Position numbers and translations under genes: made by a program. A stretch of 64,000 nt of DNA, taken from Candidatus Latescibacterota bacterium. Its GTDB lineage: Bacteria > Latescibacterota > UBA2968. Each line of letters opens with the position of its first letter. The first letter of the stretch is position 1. Below, piece by piece: positions 1 to 12,010 of the stretch. The notes beneath the pieces were generated by a model. The model was not told where the DNA came from and did no database searches. It saw only the letters and a list, made by a program, of their open reading frames with translations. The stretch is taken from positions 8,160,001-8,224,000 of the forward strand of contig OZ240241.1 of NCBI GenBank assembly GCA_965198115.1, written 5' to 3'.

Positions 1-33
1 GGCGACAGTCCAGGTCAGGATACGTCGATCCAT
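1..33 (-). CDS. 5' end of a CDS running off the window edge (MDRRILTWTVA...)
   Basis: ATG at 33, 4 nt after the stop of the TPR gene; signal-peptide-like start; only 11 codons visible. Confidence 0.35.
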   Translation of the reverse strand, partial: MDRRILTWTVA

Positions 34-37
34 ACGG

Positions 38-1984
38 TCAGGGGGTGTCGCGCTCGGTTTGCGGGGCTTCGAGCTCCCCCAGTTTTTTGACGAGGGCCTC
101 GTTGTCCGGGTCGTAGCTTCGGGCCCTGGACCAGTGGGCGCGGGCCCGATCCTTCTGTTCGAGGGCGGCCTCGACGTCCCCGGCGTGTTCGTGGATCACG
201 GCGAGGTTCTCGTGCATGCTGTCCAGATGCCGTGGATCGGTATCGGCGAGGTTCTGCAGCGCATCTTCCTCGACGTGGATGGCCTTCTGCAAGTATTCCC
301 GCGCACGTTCGAGTACGCCCATCTGGTAGTAGACCCATCCCATGCTGTCGAGGTAGGCGCCGTTTTCCGGATCCTTTTCCAGGGCCCGTTGGATGAATTG
401 CTGTGCCTCTCCCAATCGGATCCCGCGTTCGGCGAACATATAACCCAGGTAGTTGAGGGCTTCGTCGTGATCCGGGTTGATGGCGATCAACCGCTCGAAC
501 AGCCGGACCGCGGTCTGAAATCGATCGGCCCGCTCGTTGGCACGCGCCAACCCGTAGAGTGTTCGCATCAGGAGCGACGCGTTGGACTCGACCTTCGGCA
601 ACAGAGTCTCGAAAGCCCGGGTCGCACCATCCCAGTCCTGGTCTCGCATGAGCGTCTGGGCTCGTTCGAACGCGAACCCGGTGTGATCGGGTTCCCGGTC
701 GAGTGCGGCCTGAAACACTCCTCTGGCTTTGTCATTCTGTCCGATCGCGGAGTAAGCGTTGCCCAGCGTGAAGACGATCTGGCTTCGCGTTTCGGTCGAA
801 TCTTCCGTCGCGGCCAGGATCGATTCGAGCACCCCGATGGCGGGTTGAAACTCCCTGTCGAGGATCAGGGCGTGGGCGTAACCGAGGCTGTACTCGGGAC
901 TCCCGTCGATGGATGACGCGCGCTTAAAGGCCTCGCGGGCGTTCTTCCCTTGATTCAAGTTGAGATGAAGCTCGCCGACCTTCGCGTGGAGGTCCGCACG
1001 ACCCGGGAACAGCCCGGCGAGATGGTCGAGGAGGGCGAGGGCCTGGTTGTAGAGCGCAGAACCCTGTCTGACATCTTTTGAGCCGCGACCGAAGGAGCGG
1101 AAGACGTCAGCCAATCCTTCGGCGAACGGCGCGTCGAACGGCGACTCGGCCAGCAGAGCCTGAAAGGCGTTGGGTCGGAGGTAGATGCTCACGATCTGTC
1201 GCCAGACCTTCCCCGCCTGCTCGCCAGAGACCCGAGTGACGCCGCGTCGATAGGCACGTGCCGCACCGAGGGTGTCGCCTCGCGAGCCGACGACCCCGCC
1301 GAGCTGAATCCAGGCTTCTCCCAAGTGGGGTTGCCGGCGCAGAACGTCCCTGAGCAGGGCCTCGGCCTTTGCGGGGTGTCCATTGCGACGGTAGTTTTGT
1401 GCGGCGATCAGACGTCCCCGATCGTCGAGATCGGGTAGGACGACGATTCGATCGAGGACGGCGATCACGCCCTCGCGGTTCTGACGCTGGGTGTGAATGC
1501 GAAGGCTCGTATCTAGGGCGCGGATCGGGTTCGGGGACCGCACCGCGATTTCGTCGAGCTCCGCCAGGGCGCGGAGGGTGTCGCGGGTCCCTGCGAGCAG
1601 GGCATTGTAGAGCGTCCATCGATTGTCGAGGTTGCCCGGGTTGAGGTGCGCAGCCTGATGCGCGGGTGCGAGCGCCTCCGCGTGTCTGTTGAGCGCGGCT
1701 AGGTTCCGCGCGAGCAGCCGGTAGAGGGTGGCAGACGTCGAGTCGATCTGGACCGCGCGGGTCAGTGCGGCGGCTGCCCTGGCGTGGTCGCCACGCAGTT
1801 CCGCCCCCTTGGCCGCGACAAAGTAGGAAAAAGCCAAAGGGTCGGGGGACGGGGGTCCTGTACGCAAATCCACCCTCGCGGGGGGAGCCGACGCGCACCC
1901 CACGAGGGCGATGATCAGACCGATCCTCCGGAGATGGGGCCGCCCGGCTACAGCGCGCCTGGCAGCTTCTTCTTCAGGTTCCAT
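38..1984 (-). CDS. Multi-TPR protein, probable lipoprotein
   Basis: Hydrophobic stretch with lipobox-like LVGC; many TPR motifs; C-terminal ALNYLGYMFAERG...AYLDSMGWVYYQMG segment typical of this TPR family. Confidence 0.85.
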   Translation of the reverse strand: MEPEEEAARRAVAGRPHLRRIGLIIALVGCASAPPARVDLRTGPPSPDPLAFSYFVAAKGAELRGDHARAAAALTRAVQIDSTSATLYRLLARNLAALNRHAEALAPAHQAAHLNPGNLDNRWTLYNALLAGTRDTLRALAELDEIAVRSPNPIRALDTSLRIHTQRQNREGVIAVLDRIVVLPDLDDRGRLIAAQNYRRNGHPAKAEALLRDVLRRQPHLGEAWIQLGGVVGSRGDTLGAARAYRRGVTRVSGEQAGKVWRQIVSIYLRPNAFQALLAESPFDAPFAEGLADVFRSFGRGSKDVRQGSALYNQALALLDHLAGLFPGRADLHAKVGELHLNLNQGKNAREAFKRASSIDGSPEYSLGYAHALILDREFQPAIGVLESILAATEDSTETRSQIVFTLGNAYSAIGQNDKARGVFQAALDREPDHTGFAFERAQTLMRDQDWDGATRAFETLLPKVESNASLLMRTLYGLARANERADRFQTAVRLFERLIAINPDHDEALNYLGYMFAERGIRLGEAQQFIQRALEKDPENGAYLDSMGWVYYQMGVLERAREYLQKAIHVEEDALQNLADTDPRHLDSMHENLAVIHEHAGDVEAALEQKDRARAHWSRARSYDPDNEALVKKLGELEAPQTERDTP

Positions 1985-3174
1985 TTCAACTCCAGAGGGT
2001 GGAAGGTGTTGTCTTCGGGTTTAACGATGAGCTTCAGGTGCTTGAGGTCGGCCCGGACGATCGGCTGGCCTTGAAAGTCGTGCCCGGGAAAGTAGAGTTT
2101 GAGGAGCTTCTCCTGCCCGGCATATCGTATGCGGGAAGGCAACTCGAGATATCGCGTTTCCGTGTATCCCGGTATTCCTGTGTATCGGCCGAACACATCC
2201 GTCACTTGCATGCTTCGCCCCGGCAGGTCGATTTCCAGGGCTTCGAGCTTGTAGTGCGAGGTCTCTTCGACCTGGAGAGGCTCATAGGCGATTCCGTTGC
2301 TGTCTTCGATGTAGATGATGTATCGATCCGTCTGCAGGTGATAGTCGCTGCCGGGTGTGCTCATTTTAAGGCGCACGAGAACCGCGTCGGACAGACGGTT
2401 CGACGCGGCGAAGTCCCTCCACGCCGACTGTTTGCTGGAGAAGGTATGCGGGTAGTGCTCGAAGAGCAGGTCGAACTCCTCGTGCAGCAGTTCGGGCACG
2501 GCGACGGTGGCCGACAGGAGTAGCGGGGATTGCACAGCCAGACGCTTGATCGTCGGAGATGTGGTCTCGAATTGCATGTCGGGACGCTCGGCCAGACCCG
2601 GTTCGGCTCGAACGGGATTCTGCACGTAGTTGCGGATCGTCCAGGAGTGTAGCAGTTGCTTGTAGGTCAGTGGCGTGTCCTGCCATTCAGGATCGGGAAG
2701 GGCGATCTTGTAGGCGTCGGTCTGCTCTCTCGCGTGTGGGTTTAAGGGGGAGTTGTTGATTCGATAGAAGGGTGTGTCAACGATCGTATAGTCGAGCAAG
2801 TCTTGTCTGGATTTAAGGATCTTCGTGAGACGTTTCTCCTGGCGATCGTTGAGAATGACACGTACGGAATCGAGGAGGGCGTCGACTTGCCGGCGTGTGC
2901 CTTTTTCGAGCTGGTGAAGCTGCTTGAGGGTTGGTGTAAAGCCCAGCCAGAGACGACCTTCGTGGGTACGTCTGCCGTATTCCCACTGGTACGCACCGAT
3001 GACAGACCGCAAGCTGTCGACGAGTGGGGCGAGCGCTTCCGCCTGAGTCTCCGATGCGCCAAGATGCTTTCTATAGCGAGCGTGTTCGAGCAGGTCTTCG
3101 GGCGCCGCCGCCAATGCCTCGCCGGCCAGGCCGATGAGGCAGGTAAGAACCGCGTATCCGAACGTTTGCTTCAT
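1948..3174 (-). CDS. Hypothetical exported protein
   Basis: Long ORF downstream of purF; signal-peptide-like MKQTFGYAVLTCLIGLAGEALA starting at ATG 3174. Confidence 0.7.
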   Translation of the reverse strand: MKQTFGYAVLTCLIGLAGEALAAAPEDLLEHARYRKHLGASETQAEALAPLVDSLRSVIGAYQWEYGRRTHEGRLWLGFTPTLKQLHQLEKGTRRQVDALLDSVRVILNDRQEKRLTKILKSRQDLLDYTIVDTPFYRINNSPLNPHAREQTDAYKIALPDPEWQDTPLTYKQLLHSWTIRNYVQNPVRAEPGLAERPDMQFETTSPTIKRLAVQSPLLLSATVAVPELLHEEFDLLFEHYPHTFSSKQSAWRDFAASNRLSDAVLVRLKMSTPGSDYHLQTDRYIIYIEDSNGIAYEPLQVEETSHYKLEALEIDLPGRSMQVTDVFGRYTGIPGYTETRYLELPSRIRYAGQEKLLKLYFPGHDFQGQPIVRADLKHLKLIVKPEDNTFHPLELKWNLKKKLPGAL

Positions 3175-3247
3175 GGCTGATGTCCCGGGTGAAGTGGATG
3201 GTCGGCAGACGATCCTTGGACGTTTCAACCGGAGATTGGTTCGGGGC

Positions 3248-4639
3248 TCAACGTTCGAGCATCAGCTTGTGGACGTTCTCTTCTACCGGGATCGGGTAGT
3301 TGCGGTTGAAACACGCGCTGCAGTAACGCCCTTTTCCGTTCGGCGCACAGGACAGCATTCCCCCGAGCGACAGGTAGCCGAGACTGTCGACGCCCAGGTG
3401 CTCGCGTATTTCCTCGACCGTCTTTTCGTTCGCGATCAATTCGTCGTGGGTCTGGAAGTCGATACCGTAAAAGCACGGCGAGACGATGGGCGGGCTGCTG
3501 ACCCGCACGTGAATCTGGCGGGCGCCCGCTTCGCGAATCATCCTCGCTAGGTGCCTGAGCGTGGTTCCACGTACGATGGAGTCCTCGATCAGGACGACAC
3601 TCTTGCCCCTCAGAACTCCCCGTACAGGGTTGAACTTCAATCGAACCCTGGCCGCCCGATAGTCCTGCCCCGGCGTGATGAACGTGCGTCCGACGTAGTG
3701 ACTCCTGATCAGTCCGATCTCGAAGCGTAGATTCGCCTGGTCGGCGTAGCCGAGGGCGGCGGTGTTGCTCGAGTCGGGGACAGGGACGACGATGTCTGCA
3801 TCGGCCGGCTGTTCGATGGCCAGTTGCTTTCCGAGTTTGCGTCGCGTCTTGTCGACGGTGTCGCCGAAGATGATGCTGTCGGGGCGCGAGAAGTAGACGA
3901 ACTCGAAAATGCAGTGCGCGTGGCGGTCCGACTCGAGGGGAAAATACGTGCGCAGGCCATTTTCGTCGATGATGACGAGTTCGCCGGGTTCGATGTCGCG
4001 GATATACCTCGCAGAAATGATGTCGAGGGCGCAAGACTCGGATGCGACCACCCACGCATCGCCGAGCTGGCCCAGACAGAGCGGCCGAAACCCGTGCGGG
4101 TCGCGGGCGGCGATGAGGTGTCTTTCGGTGGCCAGCACGAGGGAGAACGCCCCGCGGATCTGCTGCAGGGCGTCGGTCACCCGGTCGACCACCGACTCCG
4201 CCTGCGATCGAGCGATGAGGTGGAGGATGATCTCGCTGTCGGACGCTGTGCGGAAGATGGCGCCTTCGTCCTGCATATGGCCCCGCAATTCGTTGGTGTT
4301 CACGAGGTTGCCGTTGTGTCCGACGGCGAAATATCCGCGGCACTCGGCGGTGAAGGGCTGCGCGTTCTTGAGGCTGTCGAGCCCCGTCGTCGAGTAGCGG
4401 TTGTGACCGATGGCGAGATGCCCCTTGAGTCTCGTGATCGTTTCAGGTTTTCCGAACACGTCGGCGACGTGTCCCATCCCGGTGTGAACCCGAATTCTTT
4501 CCCCGTCCCCCGTCGCGATCCCGCAGCTTTCCTCACCCCGATGCTGCAGCGCGTTCAGCCCGAGCGTCGTGAGCTGAGCAGCCTCGGAGTGCCCATAGAT
4601 GCCGAAGACCCCGCAATAGTGCTTGACCTGAGGATCCAT
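3248..4639 (-). CDS. purF: Amidophosphoribosyltransferase
   Basis: Short propeptide then CGVFG nucleophile Cys; QHRGEES, HNRYST, PRPP loop VLIEDSIVRGTT; Fe-S cysteines (PCFYGID, YCSACF). Confidence 0.97.
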   Translation of the reverse strand: MDPQVKHYCGVFGIYGHSEAAQLTTLGLNALQHRGEESCGIATGDGERIRVHTGMGHVADVFGKPETITRLKGHLAIGHNRYSTTGLDSLKNAQPFTAECRGYFAVGHNGNLVNTNELRGHMQDEGAIFRTASDSEIILHLIARSQAESVVDRVTDALQQIRGAFSLVLATERHLIAARDPHGFRPLCLGQLGDAWVVASESCALDIISARYIRDIEPGELVIIDENGLRTYFPLESDRHAHCIFEFVYFSRPDSIIFGDTVDKTRRKLGKQLAIEQPADADIVVPVPDSSNTAALGYADQANLRFEIGLIRSHYVGRTFITPGQDYRAARVRLKFNPVRGVLRGKSVVLIEDSIVRGTTLRHLARMIREAGARQIHVRVSSPPIVSPCFYGIDFQTHDELIANEKTVEEIREHLGVDSLGYLSLGGMLSCAPNGKGRYCSACFNRNYPIPVEENVHKLMLER

Positions 4640-4693
4640 CTGTTGGCGTTTCCTTTCGCTAATGGTTATGCGCCTGCGGGGAACCGGGCACGG

Positions 4694-6850
4694 TCAACGT
4701 CGACGGGCCCTGCGCGGCCTTCGTCTTCGACGTTCTTCGTCGTGTGATGGGTCGCTGAGCAAAAAATCGAGCTGGCGTTGCCTTCGATCGGCGCGCACGA
4801 CGGTCACTTTTACACGATCGCCTAGGGAGAATACACGACCGGTTCGTTCTCCGACGAGGGCGGCACGGCGCGGGTCGTGTTGATAGTAGTCGTCCTCGAG
4901 CGTTCGCACGTGAACCAGACCGTCGGTCAGCGTGTCGTCGAGCTGTACGAAGAACCCGAGGGGGCGCACACCGATGATCGTTCCCTCGAAGACATCGCCG
5001 ATTCGGGTTTCGTAGTAGTGGATCTGTTTGACCTTGATCGATTCCCGCTCGGCCCCCTGGGCGTTGATTTCGCGCTCGGTGGCCAGATCCCCGATTCCGG
5101 GCAGTCGCTCGTTCAGCTGAACGACGCGGTCGTCCGTCTGGCCCGACCAGAGCCGTTCGCGGAGGATGCGGTGCGTGAGGAGGTCGGGGTAGCGACGGAT
5201 CGGGGAGGTGAAGTGTGTGTAGCAGGAGCTGGCCAGCCCGAAGTGTCCGTCGTTCCTGGGGCTGTAGATGGCCTTCTTCATAGAACGAAGCAGACGTTCG
5301 TTCAGGACCGTCGCCTCCTTCCTGCCCGCGATTGATCCGAGAAAGGTCTGGATGGCACGGGCGTCGGCCGCTTCTGGAAATCGGTGACCGAACGCGGATG
5401 CGATCGTCGAGAATTCCTCGAGTTTCTGCCGGTCGGGCGATTCGTGGACGCGATACAGGCTCGGCGTCTCCAGGCCCGACAGTCTCCGGGCGACCGTTTC
5501 GTTGGCAAGGAGCATGAACTCTTCGATCAGTCTGTGGCTGTCGAGCCTCGGGCGTGGCGCGATCCGGATCGGCACGCCTCGTTCATCCAGTCCGACCTCG
5601 GGCTCGGGCAAGTCGAGGTCGATCGAGCCGCGCTCGACGCGTAGTTGCGTCAGCCGGGCCCGAATCCGCGCGAGTATCCGAATGTCGTCCGCAAAGGGCT
5701 CGACATCGGGTTCGGGGGTGCGCGCAATCGCAGTTTGTGCCTGCTCGTAGCTAACACGCGCGCGACTGCGAATGACCGTTTGCTCGATTCGGGTGTCCGT
5801 CAGATTCCCTTCGCTTGTGAACGTGGCAAGCACGCTCAGCGTCAGCCGGTCTTCGCCGGGGAGGAGGGAACAGATCCCGCTGGAGAGCGTCTCGGGCAGC
5901 ATGGGAATGACGCGATCGACCAGGTAGACGCTCGTCCCTCGCGATAGGGCTTCGTGGTCGAGCGGCGTGCCCTCGACCACGAAGTGGCTGACGTCGGCAA
6001 TGTGAATGCCTACGATGTGTCGATCGTGTTCGACCTGTTCTAGGGAGAGCGCGTCGTCGTGATCGCGCGCGTCGGCCGGGTCGATCGTGAAGCTGTGCAG
6101 ATGGCGAAGGTCGAGACGGCCCTCGAGATCGGCCTTCGTGATCTCCTGGACGCGTCGGGCGACGTCAACGACGTGGGGAGGAAACTGCAGAGGAAGCTGG
6201 CGAGCGTGGACGATCGTGAGAATGTCCACGTCGGGATCGTCGGGTCGCCCGAGGACGTGAGTGACGTGTCCGATCGGTCGCGTGTCGCCGGGTTCCCAGT
6301 CATCCAGCCGGATTGCCACGATGTCGCCATCGGCCGCTGACTGAGATACTTCGTCGTTGGAAACTGAAATCGCGGGGGGAAATCGGGGATCGTCGGGTTC
6401 GACGAAACAATGCGTGCCGCGCTTACGTAGCTGACCCGACAGGACGCGGGCGGCGCGTTCGACGACGCGAACGACCTCACCTTCGGGCTGGGTCTGCGTG
6501 CCGCCGCGCAACGTCACCCGGGCGAGCACGCGATCGCCGTGGAGCGCGTTCCCGAGCGCGGTGCTTCGAAGAAAAATGTCGGGTCCCGGCTCGTCGGGCG
6601 AGAGAAATCCGAAGCCGCCTGATGTGACGCTCAGTCGTCCGAGTGCGAGGTTTTTGTTGTGCGTTCCCGCCAGACGCCCGTTTCGCAGCTTGACGAGCGT
6701 GCCCTCCCGCTCAAGGTCTTTGACGAGACGGCGGAAGGTCCGGTAATGGGTCTGAGAAACCCCCATATACCGGGCCATTTCCCTGACCTTCATGGGCTTC
6801 CTGCCCTCTTCCTGGAGAAACTCCAGGATGTGCTCGCGAGACGGCTTCAT
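4694..6850 (-). CDS. rnr: Ribonuclease R
   Basis: TIDPADARDHDDA, HFTSPIRRYPDL, C-terminal S1 domain, basic tail; start taken at MKPSRE. Confidence 0.95.
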   Translation of the reverse strand: MKPSREHILEFLQEEGRKPMKVREMARYMGVSQTHYRTFRRLVKDLEREGTLVKLRNGRLAGTHNKNLALGRLSVTSGGFGFLSPDEPGPDIFLRSTALGNALHGDRVLARVTLRGGTQTQPEGEVVRVVERAARVLSGQLRKRGTHCFVEPDDPRFPPAISVSNDEVSQSAADGDIVAIRLDDWEPGDTRPIGHVTHVLGRPDDPDVDILTIVHARQLPLQFPPHVVDVARRVQEITKADLEGRLDLRHLHSFTIDPADARDHDDALSLEQVEHDRHIVGIHIADVSHFVVEGTPLDHEALSRGTSVYLVDRVIPMLPETLSSGICSLLPGEDRLTLSVLATFTSEGNLTDTRIEQTVIRSRARVSYEQAQTAIARTPEPDVEPFADDIRILARIRARLTQLRVERGSIDLDLPEPEVGLDERGVPIRIAPRPRLDSHRLIEEFMLLANETVARRLSGLETPSLYRVHESPDRQKLEEFSTIASAFGHRFPEAADARAIQTFLGSIAGRKEATVLNERLLRSMKKAIYSPRNDGHFGLASSCYTHFTSPIRRYPDLLTHRILRERLWSGQTDDRVVQLNERLPGIGDLATEREINAQGAERESIKVKQIHYYETRIGDVFEGTIIGVRPLGFFVQLDDTLTDGLVHVRTLEDDYYQHDPRRAALVGERTGRVFSLGDRVKVTVVRADRRQRQLDFLLSDPSHDEERRRRRPRRARRR

Positions 6851-6993
6851 GGTCGGGAATGCGTCTTGACCGGGACAGGGCGGGCGGCTAACTTCACGCC
6901 GCTGGTCAGACCGGGACAAATATAGGGCTGCGACAGGGGATCGCAAAGTCGTTCCCTCGCGCCCGTTGCTCACACTCTACGTTGGAGGCGGCT

Positions 6994-7455
6994 ATGCGGT
7001 TCTTTGTGATCATCGCCCTGATCGTTGCCCGATGGATTTCTTCCCCGGCCGAAGTTGCCGCGCACTGCGAGATTCCGTGCGGTATCTATGGAGACGACGC
7101 CCGGTTCACGGCGATTCTGGAGGATCTGACGACGATCGAGAAGTCGATGAACCAGATCAACACGTTGTCAGCCGAGCCGGGCAAGAACACCAATCAGCTC
7201 GTACGCTGGGTCAACAATAAAGAGACGCACGCAGACCACATCCGAGAGGTGGTCGCTCAGTACTTTCTGGCCCAGCGGATCAAGGCACCGGCCGAAGGGG
7301 ATGCAGAGGGAGAGAAGGCCTATCACGAGAAGCTGTCGCTGCTTCACCAGATGATCCAGACAGCGATGAAGTGCAAGCAGACGACCGACGTGGCGAACGC
7401 GAAGAAGCTGCAGGATCTGACACACGCCTTTCAGTCGTTGTATCAGGGAGGGTGA
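6994..7455 (+). CDS. sodN: Nickel superoxide dismutase precursor with signal peptide
   Basis: Ni-hook HCEIPCGIY directly after a hydrophobic leader ending EVAA; GGAGG RBS upstream. Confidence 0.92.
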   Translation: MRFFVIIALIVARWISSPAEVAAHCEIPCGIYGDDARFTAILEDLTTIEKSMNQINTLSAEPGKNTNQLVRWVNNKETHADHIREVVAQYFLAQRIKAPAEGDAEGEKAYHEKLSLLHQMIQTAMKCKQTTDVANAKKLQDLTHAFQSLYQGG

Positions 7456-7648
7456 AGACTACTCACAACGCCCAGAGCGTCGGGCGGTCCGTCGACCGAG
7501 GAGCTTCGGTGTCCGGGTGTCTGTCGCTGCGTAGGATGCTTTATTTTATAGCGCAGACGTGGATGTGGTTGGAAAAGTGGCCCCGGGGCCACTTTTTGGC
7601 GTCAGGATGGGGCCATCTTGAAGAGACCATTCCTGGGTCAGTTTTCAC

Positions 7649-7677
7649 TTGCGACGGGGCCCTGCGACGTATATATT
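7649..7677 (+). promoter_or_regulatory. Sigma70-type promoter of groESL
   Basis: TTGCGA-N17-TATATT just upstream of CIRCE. Confidence 0.7.
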
Positions 7678-7686
7678 TTGGCGCTG

Positions 7687-7713
7687 TTAGCACTCGAACT
7701 TCCCGAGTGCTAA
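7687..7713 (+). promoter_or_regulatory. CIRCE operator (HrcA site)
   Basis: Exact consensus TTAGCACTC-N9-GAGTGCTAA upstream of groES. Confidence 0.97.
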
Positions 7714-7761
7714 CGAGAATACGTCCGTATTATTAATTGTTTTATTAGGAGGTTAGGTCCT

Positions 7762-9695
<1,934 letters not shown>

Positions 9696-9719
9696 GCGAT
9701 CGGATTATCCGACGGCAGC

Positions 9720-9766
9720 AAAAAGGAAGCGGCCGTTCCCCTCGTGGGAACGGCCGCTTCCTTTTT
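9720..9766. terminator. Bidirectional intrinsic terminator between groEL and the moeZ-like gene
   Basis: AAAAAGGAAGCGGCCGTTCCC-loop-GGGAACGGCCGCTTCCTTTTT. Confidence 0.9.
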
Positions 9767-9786
9767 ATAACCCCGAGGCCGTCGGC

Positions 9787-10986
9787 TCAGCCGGCTGTGA
9801 GTTCCTCCGGGACTTCGGAGAGATTCACACCCGAGCAGAACGCGACATAGTCGATCAGTTCCGTAATCTCCGGGTCGTCTCCGCAGACGGGGCAGTTTTT
9901 ATCGCGCCGAATGTTGAACTTTTTGAACGACATCTGCAAAGCGTCGTACATCAGCAGCTTTCCGATGAGCGGATCACCCTGTCCGAGGATCAGCTTGACG
10001 ACTTCGGTGGCCTGAATCAGACCGATCGTTCCGGGGAGTACGCCCAGTACGCCGGCCTCTGCGCAGGACGGTGCCATCTCGGCGGGTGGCGGCTCAGGGT
10101 AGAGGCATCGGTAGCACGGCCCGTCGGAATCGCAGGGGAAGACGGTGACCTGGCCGTCGAATCGGAAGATGCTGCCGTCGACGATCGGCTTTCGCGTGAA
10201 CACGCAGGCGTCGTTGATGAGGTAGCGCGTCGGAAAGTTGTCGCACCCGTTCACGACGATGTCGTAGGGCTCGATGATCTCCATCACGTTGTCCGACGTG
10301 AGATACACCTGGTGGGGGATCACGTTGCACGCCGGGTTCAGATCTTTGAGCTTCTCGTAGGCCGATACGGCTTTGGGACGGCCGACGTCGGACGTGCCGT
10401 GCAAAATCTGCCGCTGGAGGTTCGTCACGTCGACGACGTCCGCGTCGAGAATCCCTACGGTGCCCACACCCGCCGCCGCGAGGTAGAAAGCGGACGGGCT
10501 TCCCAGCCCACCGGCTCCGATCAGGAGGACCTTGGCATCGAGCAGTTTTCCCTGTCCACGTTCCCCCACCTCGGGAACGAGCAAGTGACGGGCATAGCGG
10601 AACTGTTCGGCTTTGCTGAGCGCCCGGTCACGGTCGCCCGCGTAGCCGGCGGCGACCCACGCATCGTATCCACCGTCGACGTAGGCGACACTCTCGTAGC
10701 CCATCACCGACAGGTCACGTGCCGCGAGCGGCGCCTGCCCGTCGTGACCATACACGAGGATAGAGGCGTTACGGTCGTTTACGACACCCTCGATCTGTAG
10801 CTCGAGGAATCCGCGTGGAATGTTCTGCGCACCGGGAATGTAGCCATCGGCGAAGTCTTCGCGCTCCCGGACGTCGATCAACACGGTCTGGCTGCCGTTG
10901 TTGAGGCGGCTGTGTGCCTCGTCGACGGTGATGGAGTCGACCTGCGTCTTGACCTCTTCTAAAAGGTCTGCGAATGCTGAGCTCAT
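9787..10986 (-). CDS. moeB: Rhodanese-MoeB/ThiF fusion (MoeZ-like sulfur-carrier adenylyltransferase)
   Basis: N-terminal rhodanese fold (LIDVRE...GYIPGA); RYARHLL, GAGGLGS, TNLQRQILH, CYRC and CPVC zinc motifs, SCAEAG; start at MSSAFADLL. Confidence 0.9.
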   Translation of the reverse strand: MSSAFADLLEEVKTQVDSITVDEAHSRLNNGSQTVLIDVREREDFADGYIPGAQNIPRGFLELQIEGVVNDRNASILVYGHDGQAPLAARDLSVMGYESVAYVDGGYDAWVAAGYAGDRDRALSKAEQFRYARHLLVPEVGERGQGKLLDAKVLLIGAGGLGSPSAFYLAAAGVGTVGILDADVVDVTNLQRQILHGTSDVGRPKAVSAYEKLKDLNPACNVIPHQVYLTSDNVMEIIEPYDIVVNGCDNFPTRYLINDACVFTRKPIVDGSIFRFDGQVTVFPCDSDGPCYRCLYPEPPPAEMAPSCAEAGVLGVLPGTIGLIQATEVVKLILGQGDPLIGKLLMYDALQMSFKKFNIRRDKNCPVCGDDPEITELIDYVAFCSGVNLSEVPEELTAG

Positions 10987-11078
10987 GAGTCGTTCCTCGG
11001 GGTGGTCTTCGTGTTGGGTCCGAATCCGACTGAAACCCAAAGATAGGGGAATCGATCGACGCCTACAACCCCGTGCAC

Positions 11079-11897
11079 TCACTCGATTGTGATCTCGGGT
11101 CCCTCGTCTACGAGGTCGTCTATCGTGGCTTCGATCTGTTCTGCGATCGCGTCGAACGCTCCGGCGGTCGCCGCATCGTCGAGGACGATGGGCCGTCCGT
11201 TGTCGCCGCCCTCGCGAATCGCCTGGACGATAGGTAGACGGCCGAGCAAGGGGATGTTGAAATGGGCGGCGATCCGCTCGCCGCCGCCGTCTCCGAAAAG
11301 CCCGACGCGGTCGTCGCAATCGGGACATTCAAAATAGCTCATGTTCTCGACGACGCCGATTAGCGGGACATCGACCTTCAAAAGCATCTCACCCCCGCGG
11401 ACGGTATCTTCGAGCGCGACCGTCTGCGGGGTCGTCACGACGACAGCGCCCGACACGGCGAGGCTCTGGGCTAGGGTGAGCTGTGCGTCGCCCGTGCCCG
11501 GTGGCAGGTCGATGACGAGGTAATCCAGCTCGCCCCAGTGCACGTCGACGATGAATTGCTGGATCATGCGCCCCACGATGGGACCGCGCCAGATGATGGG
11601 GGTATCCTCCCCAGCGATCAGACCGATGGACATGAACCGAAGCCCGTGATTTTCGCAAGGGAGGATACGGCCTTCGCGCGTGACCGGTTCGTCGGAGACG
11701 CCCATCATCATATGCATGCTGGGCCCGTGGATGTCGGCGTCCATCAAGCCTACGTCGTGTTCGCGCCGGGCGAGCGTCACGGCCAGGTTCGCCGCGACAG
11801 TGGACTTGCCGACGCCTCCCTTACAGCTGGAGACGGCGATGACGTGACGGACACCCGGAAGAGGCTTGGGTTGCGGGGGCTGCGCCGGTGGCTGCAT
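11079..11897 (-). CDS. mrp: Mrp/ApbC/NBP35 Fe-S cluster carrier ATPase
   Basis: SCKGGVGKST, DADIHGPS, WRGP, DLPPGTGD, ENMSYFECPDC. Confidence 0.93.
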   Translation of the reverse strand: MQPPAQPPQPKPLPGVRHVIAVSSCKGGVGKSTVAANLAVTLARREHDVGLMDADIHGPSMHMMMGVSDEPVTREGRILPCENHGLRFMSIGLIAGEDTPIIWRGPIVGRMIQQFIVDVHWGELDYLVIDLPPGTGDAQLTLAQSLAVSGAVVVTTPQTVALEDTVRGGEMLLKVDVPLIGVVENMSYFECPDCDDRVGLFGDGGGERIAAHFNIPLLGRLPIVQAIREGGDNGRPIVLDDAATAGAFDAIAEQIEATIDDLVDEGPEITIE

Positions 11898-12010
11898 TTC
11901 CTGATCCCTCTGGTGTTTTTTGCACGCTTTCTGCGGTTGGTTTGGACGCAGTGATGGCTTTTTGGGGACTGAACACGGACAGCTGGGCGGGTTCAGAGCC
12001 CGCTCGTGTG

